A model generated the notes under the pieces. That model saw nothing but the letters and a program-made list of their open reading frames with translations, was not told the DNA's origin and searched no databases. The translations under genes were made by a program, and so were the position numbers. 64,000 bases of DNA from Camelus ferus (lineage: Eukaryota): positions 99,388,001 through 99,452,000 of the forward strand of contig NC_045697.1 of the NCBI RefSeq assembly GCF_009834535.1, read 5' to 3'. Shown here one piece after another: positions 1-13,277 of this stretch. The stretch's first letter is position 1; every line of letters starts with the position of its first letter.

Positions 1-779
1 TTTGTTCGTCAGATTCACTTCCTAGTCTAGCTTCCTGGAAGTAGACTACCTTACATGTGCCTCAATTTCTGGTTCTACATTCCTAAGAACCAGAAAGTAG
101 AAGTCAGTAAGAGAAGAAGGGTGGTTGCTTTCATGTATGACTCTTACTGACGGCCTGATGTGTACTAACCAAGTCTGTTAAAGGAAATGCCCACTTTTGC
201 TATGTCTCTTTGGACAAAAAGTTCTCAATAAATGGGAAGTAGAATGAATCTCTAAATAAAGTGTAAATGCAGTCTTGACCTAATTCATCATGCAAATTAA
301 GAAGTCGGACATAGCAGAGGTTACTGCACATCTAAGGCAGCCATGTTAAACCTATAACTTTCTTAGTCCAGAGAACGTTAATAACTCAAATCATCCTAAC
401 AGAGCACCTCTCCCAACAGGTGTTGCCTATCAGGCTACAAAGCTCACTTTGTCAGAGCAATTTCAGCTCGAGTTAGAGAACAACTAGTTATACAACTTGA
501 TCTCATTGAAATATTTGGTGCCTGCTGATATGTTCAAACAAATTCACCAGATCTTGATTATGTTCTGGCAATTAAAGCTATTAAGTCAGTAGATAGACAG
601 CAGGTTATTTCATTGCTGGTTGAAAAAGCCAGCTTTCTTTTCTCCCCTTTTTATGTGACAGCACTGTAATTAGCCTTAATCAAATACCATTTGTGTTAGG
701 TGCTGTAACTTTGCTTCCTACGCCAGGAAACTCTGCCAGTCAGGGAGAAGGAGAAATACAACTCTCGTCAAAAATCAAG

Positions 780-880
780 AGAGATGGCTGGGCATGAGGT
801 ATATGGGAACTCTCTGTACAACCTTCACAACTTTTCTGTAAATCTGGAACTGTTGCCAAATAGACTTTAATTTTAAAAAG
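780..880 (+). mobile_element. L1 3' terminal fragment
   Basis: ggtatatgggaactctctgtac...caacttttctgtaaatct is followed by an A-rich tail. Confidence 0.7.
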
Positions 881-1221
881 TAAGAAAGAGGGAAGAAGAG
901 AGAATGAGAAAGAGAACTGATATTTAATGTGAGGCTTCAACTTTACCATGTAAAATTAAGCCTTAGAAATCATCAAATAGTCCAGAAAATATGGTTCCCT
1001 TTGGAAATTCCAGGTTATTCGTTCTTTACATTGGGGGTTCTGCTGTGATTCTTTTTTTTTTTTTTTTTTTTTTTAACCTCTGCAAGTAAGTCTGTAATGG
1101 AAACTAGAGCCAGGTGAAGGGAAAGCCATTTATCTAAACTTCTAGTTTGTTTCTCTTAAACCCACCATTTCTTTCAAAGAGCTTTCAAAGAGCTCTTCAG
1201 ATAGTCAGTGAACTGGTGAGG

Positions 1222-1381
1222 CAGTGTTTCCTAAACCTTAATGTTCATGCCAGTCACCTGGGGATCTTGTGCAACTACACATTCTGATTCGTTAGGGTTC
1301 AAGTGGCCTGCAAGATTCTGTATTTGTAGCAAGCTCCTAGTTGGTGCCAGAGCTGCTGGTCCACACTTTTGAGTAGCCAGG
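1222..1381. mobile_element. MER5A-like hAT MITE
   Basis: It carries cagtgtttcctaaacctt...tcacctggggatcttgt...attctgattc...gctgctggtccacacttttgagtagc. Confidence 0.8.
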
Positions 1382-2217
1382 GTGTAAGGAATAGTAACTG
1401 GGGGAGTGGTTGCACCCAGCCAGAAACAGAATCACAATATCTTGCCTATATGGCTGACAACGAGAAGTCTGGGTGAAGTAGTGCCCAACAAAACAGAAAA
1501 ACATTTTCTACTTTCCTTGGCCAATAACCCCTTGTGTCAAAATTTTTAAATACATCAGTAGAATGGAATTATACCAGGGGGTCAGACTGTCTACTAGCTC
1601 AGAGGACCCCAATAACAGAAGTAACTATTCTTGCTCAAACTGTCCCAGCCGTGATAGGGGGGGAATCAGGGAAAATGGGTGGTGGGGAGAGGGGTGGGAG
1701 GAAGCAGTTATCTGGGTTTTGTTTCTTATTTTAACTTTATGTCTCCTCATACTTCAAATTCTGTATCTGTAAAATGTTAGCTATTACAACTGGTACTACT
1801 TTGAGGTTAAGGCAAAACTGTCATGGAACCAGAGCCTCCCCAGCAGCACCATGTCATGTTAAGAGATGGATCTGAGCTCTGTTCCAGGAGGGGGACCACT
1901 GCAAGACGGAGGACCCCTGGCCCTGCATGTGATATTCACTTGATAAAGATATGATTCACGTTATTCTACCCAAAATGGGAAGACCGGGCCACTGGCTACT
2001 TTGAACAACAGAAAAACATATTTCTTACAACTCGTGGAAAGTATTGTGGTAATTGCCACAAATGCCACATTTCTGATCCTCCTCCATTAGGGTTTTCTTT
2101 TCTTTTTTTTTTTTTTTTGTCCCTCTAATACATTTTTTGAATTTCAAAACAATGGTTCTACTTATTTTTGGCTTTCTCCCATATCTTGATTAATGCAACT
2201 CAATTAGGCTTCATGTC

Positions 2218-2400
2218 CAGTGATGTGCTGTAAATATTTAATAACCAGCTCTCCAGGAAAAAAAAAAAAAGCCCTGGTATGTAGCTTTTGCCAATTTTTG
2301 TGGTGTCAATATAAGTACTAACCTGACTTTACTGAACAAAGAATTAGAAAGAAATGTGCATGATCACAAACCTGTACAAGGCAGCTCGGGTACACAACAA
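2218..2400. mobile_element. MER63-like hAT element
   Basis: It starts cagtgatgtgctgtaaatatttaataaccagctctcc and ends with a degenerate inverted terminus gcagctcgggtacacaac. Confidence 0.6.
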
Positions 2401-5379
2401 GAAGTGACCCCAAAGACATAAAACACGGTTGTTTTCATAATTAAACTGTAATACTCCAGGAGGGCGAGATGTATTTTATAATTCCAAAATTATAGAATGG
2501 TTTCTATAAAACGTTTCTGGTTTCTTAAAATGTTTTCCCTTTGTTACTGAAGAGAAGTCCATAAGTGCTTGTGTCTTTATAAACCAAAAATAACTCCCTG
2601 CTAGTTTTTTTTTTTTAAATGACAATCTCACGATCTGTATAATCACCACAAAATCTTACAAAGTAAGCCATTTGGATTTTAATGACACAAACACACTGCA
2701 AGTTCAGAATTCTTCCCTATGACCTTGAGAGTTGAACTCTTCCATTTTTGTTTTTGGCTCACTCTAAGCTCTTCCTTTCATGAACTAGAAGGCATAGCTC
2801 AGTCGGCCTCTGTGGCCTTTGGATCTGCAGAACAGGCTGAAATCACCATCCCCATGGTTTTTATTGTTCCCTACAACTGCTTCTGAGACTAATGGCAGCT
2901 TAATATCTTTATTTCCTCCTCTATATCCGAAATGATTTGCTTGAAATTAAAAAACTATTTTATATTAAAAAGGGCACTTGAATGAGAAAACTGCATTTTT
3001 AATAAAAAGTTATAACATAGGTGTGCTTGTTGCAATATTTAACATATACAGCTCTTTCTAATGTATCATTCCTTCAGTCTACTTTTAATCTATCTGAGAC
3101 TCTTTAACTGTTTTTCATATTTTTACTTGTGTATACCTGCTTATTTGCCAGTGAGCTTCTTATAAGGACACAAAAGCAAAGAAGGCTTCAGCTCACAGGA
3201 TGGGGGAAGGGAGGAATTGGAGAAAAATAGCTGGCCAAGTAATGTAATTAACTTGAAGGAAAACATTTGCATCAGGATTGTACTCATGCCTTTTTCCATC
3301 AGCATAAGCCAAAACCAAGCAAACAAAAAGCCACCACCACTCGCCCACCACCCTGAGCACAAATGATTTTGGCAGAGCAGCTGACATGAAAAAGATACTG
3401 CTTGATGCAAATCAGGGGAAAAACACTGCTTCAGATCAAGTCTTCCTGCTTGCTCCCGTTGGGCTCACTTTGTATCTTTCTAATTGGGTACCCTATGCAC
3501 CTACTGACTCTTCAAAAAATGTATGTTGTCAAGTCTTCCTATTTTTTGAACTTTTAAAATTCTCTTTTTTACTGAGTACCCATTTAGGATGAATGCATTA
3601 GGTTTTAACACATGCAGAACACAGCACCGTATACCCCCTGCCATTCGCCAGATGTTAGCAACTAGAAACATGCAAGGATTTTTCATGTTAGAAAAATGGT
3701 GGAAGTCAGCTCATCAAAGGTAAAACAGGCAGATTCTGTCCCTGCCTTTCCTGTTCCTAAGATGCATTTAAATTCACTAGGTTCGTCTCTAGTTTGACAG
3801 GATTATTAATGGGATGGGCTCACCACTCCTGTGGATGAATCTGTTAGCCATAGGAAAGCCTTTTACTATCCTGGATGTTTCCTACCAGTGCCTGATGACT
3901 GCCAGCTAATCTTAGCATTAACCAGAGATTTCTGGCTGCTGCTCAGCTTCTAACAGAGTCAGACTGGTAACCTTATTATTACTAAATTGGAGGCCAGTTT
4001 TGTTTTTTTTAACAGAAATTTTTACATTAACTAGAAGACTGGCTAATAGGCTTTAAGAGTGACAAAAATATTCATCATGAAAGAAGTATTCACAATATCC
4101 AATGTTCTTGAATAATTGTGACAGAGACACCTTGACTCCCCATTAATGAGTGCACTAGTCCTGCTGCAATGAAGACATTAAAAAAGATACGTGAAGAATA
4201 AAAGTTCTAGTTGAGGAAAATATATAGAATGAACAGGGACATGGAAATAGATGTGGACATAGAAGCATTCTGGTAAACAAATGACTATTCATGCCATTTT
4301 TAACAATTGGGAATAAATTCAATTATACTTAATTTAAGAGCAAAACAAAAAAAATCCTTACATTCTCAGTCAGGGAAAAAGAAGTAGACAAAAATATTTA
4401 ACAGCAATGGAAAAGAACTCTGTAAGGGAATCTTCACAGATATTTGGGGATTCTTCATTGCCGAGTAAGAGGCGAAGGAGAGAAGGTGATGGAAAGGAGA
4501 GACAGATTTATAGGTGTTCAGTGAACGCAGTCACCCCTGTTAAATGTACATTTCTTTCCCTGAGGTCATCTCTTTGCCTCTGCATTTGTGCCCTTCTTGT
4601 TGGCAGCATTTGGGAAACACAAGAAGGAAAAGGGATTGTAGAAGAAAGCTGGCATTAAAATAGTACAATCTTACTCTATCTTCCTGCAGCCTAGAGTACC
4701 TCCCTCTTCTTTATAAGGGACACACACACACTCCACACACACACGGACTATTCTTCATCCCCAGCAGTCTCCCAAATGAAATCTGCTGTCCTGAGGCTGC
4801 TTGCATAAGGCAGTGAGAGAGAGGCTCTCCCTGCCAGGTCTGAAGAGTTCTTGAGGGCACCTAAAACTGGAAAGCTTTTTAGCAAAACATTGATGCAAGC
4901 AAATTGCAAAATCATAGTGTCAGAAGGACTGGATTCCGGTTGTCCCAGGTTTGGAGATGATTTTGTTCAAACATCTGGGCAAAGGGGAACGAAGCCTCTC
5001 TACCTCTCGGCCAGCCCTGTACTGCCTTCAGGTTTCACTTCGTATTGTTTTCTTGCTATGCTTTCATCCAAATTCAACCCCTTTCCCAATGGACATCCCA
5101 ACAGACACGCAGCCCAGGCTCCATCTGATTTCAGAGTCACATTAGGGTGTTGATGCTTCCTTGAGAATACTGCAGAGGGTGGGCAGAAGCCCATACTGGG
5201 CTCCCATGCATTTTTAGTCAAGCAGCGCTACAGACTGCATCTGACCCATCAGCTGACTGCTGTCTCTCAGTGCCTGACTCAGTTTCTCCTCCAGTCAAGA
5301 AGGCTGCTAATCCCTCTTGACAAGGCCATTCCAACTACCACGAACTGAATTCTTGAGCAGCAGGTGGAACCATTCTTAC

Positions 5380-5560
5380 AGTAACAACAGCTTCACGTTT
5401 ACATAGTGCTGATTATGGGCTAGACTCTTCTATGTGCTACATCTTTGTTAGCTTACTTAATCCTCATAAATTCCCTGTGCAGTTGGTTTTAATGCCCCCA
5501 TGTTACAGATGAGGATGCTAAGGCACAGAGAGGTAAAGCACCTGCCATCCTGAGTGGTAG
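5380..5560 (-). mobile_element. MIR SINE
   Basis: It carries the core cccatgttacagatgaggatgctaaggcacagagaggtaaag. Confidence 0.75.
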
Positions 5561-6124
5561 AGGGGCTTAAAATCCTACAGTGCCACCACACTACCTCTGG
5601 GTAGGAACTTTTTTCAGCAAAGATGACTGTTTAAATGCCTTCATTTTCAAGTACTTCAGTGGTGGCGGGAATTACAGGAAGCAAGTCCCTTCTGTTGAAG
5701 AGTGGGAATAAGGAGGCTTCTCCCAGGATTGTCCTGTTCTGGGGAAGCAAGCCCACCAGCGTGTGGCCCCAAACCTGCCTGGAAGTGTTCAGACAAATGA
5801 CTGTAAACCAGACGAGATGGCAAACGTGAGCAACAGAAACAGGTAAAGGAGGCTGGGTGGCCCAGTGAGGAGGAGAAAGGAGGTGGATGGAGCACGGCCA
5901 GCCAGCTGGTAAATGGGAGACCTCAGGGAAAAGCTCCATGAACCCACAGCACAGATCATGTAACATGATAACAACACGGATCCTCCTCTGACCTGCAGAG
6001 GAAGAAGCTTGCAGAGTGTAAGGGAGGGATGGTCTGCAACCTCTTCCTCTTTCCAGAACCCCAACCACGTATCAGATAACGTTGGGCTGACCAGAGACTT
6101 GTACACGATCGCCATATTGCAGTT

Positions 6125-6182
<58 letters not shown>
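6125..6182. repeat. (TAGA)~14 microsatellite
   Basis: Read directly from the sequence. Confidence 0.97.
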
Positions 6183-6184
<2 letters not shown>

Positions 6185-6294
6185 GAGAGAGATTGGTTTA
6201 AAATACCAAAGACTGAGGCAGTCGCTCCTCACTTCACCTGACTCCCTTCTGCTGCCCTACATTTTTGCATCAGATAATTACACTTGGAAAAATG

Positions 6295-6295
<1 letters not shown>

Positions 6296-6337
<42 letters not shown>
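6296..6337. repeat. (AC)~21 microsatellite
   Basis: Read directly from the sequence. Confidence 0.97.
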
Positions 6338-6340
<3 letters not shown>

Positions 6341-6877
6341 ACTTTCAGCACATTCTTTTGTCAAAGACCTTTATAAGGATGAAGAATTTCCACATTTCAT
6401 AATTTACAACCAACTTCTCACTGGGGTATTAAAATGGAGACATCTAAAAAGCTCCCTGACACCACTTCTCCCGACAATGGTAACATATTTATGTAAAAGA
6501 ATTCACAATACAGACTTTATGTTAATATTCCTTAATCTTTACTTCTTGCATTTCAACTTAACTTCCCTCATAGGAAACAGCTTCCAGATTCCCCTTCAAA
6601 TATTCATAGGGCCTACTGTAGATGGGGAAATTATGCTCAACATAAACACATCCATCCCAACTACCCCGGCAACCTGGCCACCACTGCAAATGTCGGGAGC
6701 CATGACAACACTGGCGAGCCTGCACCATGGACTCACAAACAAGTTTTTACAAAGTAAAGCAACCTATGGACTGGATGGATATGTGCTAGGTAACACCTTG
6801 GAATTCACAAAATCTTGAAATAGATCAGAAGAATCAGGTTTTTAGACCTGCATCTTTCACTAACATCTGACCTGGAG

Positions 6878-7485
6878 CAATATTCAACAGCATTTGATGA
6901 GGGTTTATTTATTGACCATGGGCTTTGAGGTCAATGGGTTCTGTGGGATGCCATCCCTGCCTAAGTCTTCCAGGGACTTAGAATTTAGTAAAAGAGCTAG
7001 AACTATAAACACTCAGCATAATCAAAAAAGAATGCAACTGTTGTCATAGAAGCTAGCTGCAAACAGGCGCTGAGGAAATGTGAGGAATCAATGATTAAAT
7101 CAAACAGGGAGAATCCGAGCGGGCTTCGTAGGCAAGGCAGCACCTGAGCTGAGCTTTGAATGAATTTGTTGATTTTGATGGCAGAAAGAAGCTGGGCTAA
7201 AACATGGGAAGAAGCAGAGTTAGAAATATGGGCAGTGTGCTAAAAAGGCAGGAGGGCGGGCGGGTATGGAAGCTCAGGTTGCGGAGGAATGCGGAGGAAG
7301 GAAAGTAGACGGGGGCTCTGAAAGTCATGGCCGGGATGCTGGACTGACTCTGGAGGCAATAAAGATCCACTCTGAGTTTTAAGAGGAAAATGGAGCAATG
7401 CTTTCCAGAATGGACCAGAGAATCAAGAGATTAGTAAGCAGAAGAGAGACCAGAAGGGTGTCCAAGTCATTTAGATGACAGATGA
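6878..7485 (-). mobile_element. LINE-2 fragment
   Basis: It carries attcaacagcatttgatgag...cctgagctgagctttgaa...ggaggcaataaagatccact...gagagaccagaaggg. Confidence 0.6.
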
Positions 7486-9239
7486 TAGGAAAGTCATTTA
7501 ATTTCTCAGGGCCTTAGCATCATTTTCTTTTCTTCAAATGAGGAGGAAAGTCAATCCTTGGATAGATGAGCCTAAGCATCCTGAGGCAGCCTTACGGGCT
7601 GGTCCTTCTCGGTTCTCACTGTGCCTGGTACGTACCTTCGTTTCCGCCCCTTCCATGGAGTTCTGTGGTTCACTTCTGTGTCTGTCTGCTCACTCTGAGA
7701 AGTGCCGTCTGAGCAGAGCCTACACCTTTTCATTCTATTTCCAGGGGCCTAGAAGGGTACCGAGCACCCAATGGGTAGTCAAATGTATGAATTATTCTAT
7801 TATTTCCAGTTCCCAGATAAAGACCTGGAATTTCCCATGAGCACTGAGAAAACAAGAATCTATATCTTTGGTTTATACTGTTAACTGGAAACTGTCACAC
7901 TAATGATAAGGAAGCTTTAGACTATATATATGTCTATGTTTAAAGGACCATGGGGTTAGTTTGCAATCACTTCATATTCCAGTTTTCCTCTCTGGTTCTC
8001 AAAAGTCCAGCCACCAGCCTCCGTCCCCTTTGAATTATCTCCCCTAGTTATGAACACTCCCTGCTGCACCCTCTGAGCTATTTAAATGGGACTGCAGCAA
8101 TGACTCGCCACCAAACCTACAGGGCTTCTCTCTGTCAACCACCAATCCAGCGATTGTACGCTAATCTACCAAAAGTACCCAAAGGACTCTCTTCGTCATC
8201 TCTCAGATTCTATTTCAAATGCCAACTTCCCCCATATTCTTGGAAACACCAGATATAACCATATTTAATGATGCCTGCACCTAAACTAACATAACAGAGC
8301 TTACAGAATAAAGCCCTCAATATTCATGAATGCCCAAATTCAGAAACACAATAGCATGTAATTTGCCCTGTGTATCATAGTAACATAAATATGATGGAAA
8401 ATGTAAGCGCTCTCTTCAACTCCTACTGACTTGTTCCTCTCTTAAGGAGTTATTTTTGTATTAGCCTAATTGTTCTCTGAAACTATTTTAACATTAAAAA
8501 AAAATTTCTCTATAGTAAATTCATTAATGGCCGTAACCTGACCACACTTCCATTTTCCTGGTTAAGAAAAATTACATTCTTAGCCGTCTTCACTTCCATC
8601 TCCAATATTACACTTAACTTTCTTTGGGGAGCCATTTCTTACCAAGACACCGTGTTTCTATCACTCTATGAAAATTGCCTCATTCAGATTTGGAAGAGAC
8701 CTTTATAGTGGTCAGTTCTTTGTGACTGGGATGATTCTCAGTGGGCTTGGCTCACTCGCTAGTGAACCCACTTATTCCTGTACTACCCAGCTTGTAAAGT
8801 CGAGACACAAACTTATTCCTTGACAAAACTACAAATTTCTTCCTCTCTCAGATCTTTTGGGTTTTTCCAAGTACACAAAATGTTAAGTCTGCAAATACCA
8901 GGCGCCTCTTAAGGAACCAAATAAGTGCTGTTCTTTACAGTAGTAGTCACACTGGAAGACAATACCAAGGTTTATAACAAAAATATATCCAATCCACTGC
9001 TCAAAATGTTTTTGGAGCTCAACTTCGAAATGACTGTCAGTGCCAGTTTACAAGCCTCATCAGAAAACAGATGCACGGTTTTATAGTCACATCTTGTTTT
9101 GACCCAAAGTCACAGCACTCGACGAGACCACCAACTACCTTAGCTGCTGGACTTGGCTCCTTATGCTTTTCAATTCGAAGTCAAATCCACTACAGCAGTT
9201 GCCACCAAATAAAAGTAATAGTCAAAAATGTGCTCCAAT

Positions 9240-9380
9240 GAGAGCACTTTGGGGGAAGACAGAAATGCTCTGTGTCATAACTGTGATGGTAGTGACAAAA
9301 ACATATACATTATCTAAACTCATAGAAATCTACACTAAAAAGTAATGAATTTTATTTTATGTAAATACCTCAATTTCAAA
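9240..9380 (+). mobile_element. L1ME-like 3' terminal fragment
   Basis: It carries ctgtgatggtagtgaca...aaactcatagaa...gaattttattttatgtaaatacctcaat. Confidence 0.6.
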
Positions 9381-9630
9381 AATGGACCAAAGTATGAACT
9401 CTGAAGAAAATTTCCAAAATGGAACTGCTCATATCTTAAGTCTGAAGATAAATGTATGAAGTGTTTGACAACTCTAAAGGAACAACATTCAATTAGAGTG
9501 TTTAGAGAACTATATACATATACACAAAAACACACAAAGAACCAGAACAGAGGATACTTTGCCTAGAATGTGCAGAAAAATACCAGATATTTCAGTTCAT
9601 CTTTCATGACTACATATCTGGATTCTCTTT

Positions 9631-9781
9631 CAGTAAGACTGTGTTTCCAATGAGTTCATTGAACCATTTACATTTTATCTTGGATATGTGACCACTGATA
9701 GTCATCTGTAAGATGACTGGTTAGAATCAGAGTCCAGTGCGTAGCCATAAATCAAGCTACTTGGCTCACTCAGGAATTTCC
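9631..9781 (+). repeat. ~150-bp dispersed direct repeat, copy 1
   Basis: It aligns by eye to 11216-11363 with 9 substitutions and 2 small indels. Confidence 0.95.
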
Positions 9782-10719
9782 TGCTTCCTCTTAGCATGAC
9801 TGTCATGATCACATGGCTAAGTTATGACCTCGTCATAAACTCAGACCATGGGTCACCAACATTGGACTTTTAGAGTTCTCCAAAATTAGCAGGATTTCTC
9901 CACAAGTTATTTCAAACCTCAGGAGCTTTGCTTTGGCTGCCGTGTGTGAGCAGCAATGGGCAGACTGAATTCACTGTCCATCCTTCTGTCAGTTGTTTTG
10001 ATCATACATGGGCCAAACTCAAAACAGTGCTGAATGTACTGGCAGACTTAAACACTGGAAAATCATTACTAATTTCTGTGGGTGAGTCTGCATTTAAAGC
10101 TTAGGTTAATATGCCCTACACCATAGACTCTTGGGAATCACTTCATTTTGTTGTGTACTTATTACTGGAACAGGGACTTAGCATCACCCCACATGAAGCT
10201 ATATTTTCAAGAAAACCCCATGCTTCACAAGGACATCTCTGGGTCACAGGATGAATTTAGGGCTCCTGAAATACTCCTGAAAGGCCGTCAACCTCTATGA
10301 ACATCGAAAGTTCATGTCTGCCATCAAAACCAATAATTCTCCAAAGAAAAAGCTCAGAGGATGGGACTAAGCCATGACTGCCTCTCCCTTTTGGACAAAG
10401 AATGCTAAAAAAATTTGTTTTCAATCCAAATGTCTTTGATAAATCTTATTGAAACATTGAAAATAGCTGTCTCATGTAGGTATGATAGAATTATCTTTTA
10501 CCATTTCATCAGAACAACTACCTACAAGGAAGGCAACATTTTTCATTCTCTCATCCAACTACATTCACAAGTAAATCCCTAAAATCCGAAGTCAAATCAC
10601 CCACAAATATTTTTACGTGGCTTTTTGCATCAGAATATCTGTGAATTCAAGATGTGGTTGATGAATTAAGGGCCTATAATGTTCCTTTAAAAACAAACAA
10701 ACCAAAAATATCAATTTAC

Positions 10720-11480
10720 TTTTATATTTAATTGAACTTAACAAGCACCTGTTACATAAGGACTGTGCTAACTACTATTATACAGGAATTTGGAGAAGTA
10801 TGAGACATCGTGTCATCCATTAATGAGCAGACAATGTCATTACAAAAGGCTGTTTACTACACGTTAACCACTAGCTAAGTGCATTTGAGCAACGTCCTAA
10901 ACTTTGTGGGCCTCAGTTTCCTCATTTGTAAGATGAAGGAGTCAGAGCAGATGATTTGTGAGGCCCTTCCAGGTCTCCAATTCCATAGACCTTTTGGTAT
11001 GATACATATAAGATTTGCTTAGAAAACAAGGTAAAACAGTATATGATCAAGTCCAAATGCATACTGTAAATAAGCAATACAATAGGAGGTCAGAGCAGAG
11101 AGAGGTCAATTTTGGGGTGCAAAGGTTTTCATGAAAAGCAGAAACTCCAGCTTGGACTTGAAAGACGGGCAGAATTTGAAGGTAGTGGGATGATGGGGAT
11201 CATTCTTTGTACTTCCAGTAAGACTATTTCTGATGAGTTCATTGAACCATTTACATTTTATCTTGGATTTGTGGCCACTGATATTCATCTGTAAGATGAC
11301 TAGTTAGATAAGAGTCCAGTGGGTAGCCATAAATCAAGCTACTTGGCTCACTCAGGAATTTCCGAGGGCTTTTGCAGGATCAGTGGGAAAGTTCTTGAGT
11401 AGGGGCAAGGAGGATGAGGAGTTTGACTCTATATAACAAGATTACATGTTGTCAAGTGGTGGGTTTAAGTAGGGGAAGTA
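10720..11480 (-). mobile_element. LINE-2 fragment interrupted by a MIR (~10860-10990) and a duplicated segment (11216-11363)
   Basis: L2 motifs are aagcacctg...ggactgtgcta, ggacttgaaagacgggcagaattt and aggagtttgactctat. The MIR core is gggcctcagtttcctcatttgtaagatg. Confidence 0.55.
11216..11363 (+). repeat. ~150-bp dispersed direct repeat, copy 2
   Basis: It aligns to 9631-9781, and the last 41 nt are identical. Confidence 0.95.
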
Positions 11481-11519
11481 ATGACTCGAGGACAGGATCC
11501 TATTAACCCGAAAGATCAC

Positions 11520-11881
11520 ACTGTGCTTTTCAGGACCATCCAGCAGCAACCCATCTCTCTTAAATAAAGGCCAAAGTCCTTGCAGCGCTCTACAAGGACT
11601 GTATCATCAGCTCCACCCCAACCCCATTAACCTCCTCACCTTACTTCCTCCTTCTCTCCTACACCAGCCTTCTTAGCCTTTCCCTCAACCACCCAACATG
11701 CTCTCAGCTTTTACACACGCTTTTCCTCTGCCTGGACTGTGCTTTCCCTGGGTATCTACATGTTTGGCAACCTCTCCATATATTTGCCTGGAAGTCACTT
11801 TCTCAGTGAAGCTTTCCCTATCACCATATTTTAAATTGCAGCCCACTCTTTCCAGACACACAAGACTACTCTCTCTCTCAT

Positions 11882-11927
<46 letters not shown>

Positions 11928-12165
11928 CCCTCCCTATTTCCCTTCTCTGCTTTATTTCCCCATACTGCCTACCATTTTCTACGATTCTGTATCATTTATT
12001 TACTTTGTAAAATATCTGTCTCCATCTGCAACCCCTCCCTCCCGCCCTGAGTGGAACGTAAACTCCATGAGGATAGGGATTTTTGTCTGCTTTACTCATA
12101 GCTGTATTTCCAGAGCCTAGAATGATGTCTGGCCCAAAATGCAGCCCGTGTGAATGAATGCATGG
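11520..12165 (+). mobile_element. LINE-2 3' fragment containing a (CA)n
   Basis: It carries aaactccatgaggatagggatttttgtctg...gctgtatttccagagcctagaa...tgaatgaatg. Confidence 0.8.
11884..11925. repeat. (AC)~21 microsatellite
   Basis: Read directly from the sequence. Confidence 0.95.
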
Positions 12166-12645
12166 ATATGATGAAAAAGGTGTGAGGCCAATGAATCTCC
12201 CGGGTTGATCTGCAAGGAGGAGAGCCTGGAGGTTATTACCATCATGGGAGGGTGAGGTTATGAAAGCCTGAACTAAGGAAGGGCTGGGGAAGAGGGAAAG
12301 TGCTGACTCCGAAAGACCACAGCAAGGAGTAACAACCAGAAGGGACTGTTCACAAATTCAACATCCAGGTGTGGATTAAAGGAAAGATACTCAACAGGGG
12401 AGGAGTTAGGATAGTGTTCAAGGGCATAAAGAGGAAATGGAAATGCACTGAAAATAAAATGTGGCATGGTTTTATAAACAAATATCAGTCAGTTGTTTCT
12501 CAACATAATTGATGGCAGTTTTTTTCCTGCTCACATTTCTGAGAATGGCTGAAAGGAAACTAAAAGAGAAGAAAGGGGGGAAGGTACAGCTTGCCATGTT
12601 TTCCTTTTAAGGCAACATCAGCCTGAATTGCAGAGCAAACCTCAC

Positions 12646-12759
12646 CCACTTTCATGATTTCTTTTCTATAAGCCCTCAGGAACACAAAATACAGAAAGAC
12701 AGATCCAGTTTTTCTGTTTTTTTTTTTTTTCTTTCTTCTCTTCATTATGTTTTCTCCTC
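12646..12759 (-). other. Weak candidate exon ending ATG AAA GTG G|gtgagg
   Basis: There is an acceptor-like ttactgtcttatag| at 12760, an ATG with A at -3 (12655), and a donor TGG|GTGAGG or alternatively AAA|GTGGGT. Confidence 0.25.
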
Positions 12760-13277
12760 CTATAAGACAGTAATCAATGCAGATGATAATAAATCTTTCT
12801 AATATCAGCTTTGGTGTAATTAAGCACACTGGAACTAGGGAAAAAGCAAGAGGGTCTGTGACATAGTCTACCAGTCTATGCAGGTTGGAAGACTTGCCTA
12901 GAGTCACGGCAAGAAAATACTGCACGTGTGAGGTCCACGTCTTAGTCATGCGTTTCTTATGAAATTATCCAAACGTGGTACATTAACATTCAGTCATCCA
13001 ATATTACTTGGAACCGTATGTGATATCTTCAGGAGAAAAAACGTAGATGGTCCTTCTTAACTATTTAATATCTCAAGTGCAGTCGAGAAGGTATATATGG
13101 ATGGTATATATCTAGGAAAGGAGCTTTCAAGGAGAGTCCTACTCTTCTGCTAACTCAGATTTTACTATTATCTTTTTAGAAATTCAGTATTTTTCCCCAG
13201 AGATATTTGCATAATTAAGTCTGCTTCTATGTTTATTTCTCTGCCTTTCAAATGCATCCCACAAATCGGGCCTCAAT

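Noticed and set aside
6183..6818. Longest ORF (211 aa)
   Set aside because: It runs through the (AC)n repeat (poly-HT), and I see no recognisable domain or splice or promoter context. It is most likely a chance ORF.
11228..11283. C/D-box snoRNA-like TGATGA...CTGA in duplicate copy 2
   Set aside because: It is too short, has no terminal stem, lacks the C box in copy 1, and lies on the strand opposite the inferred host transcript.
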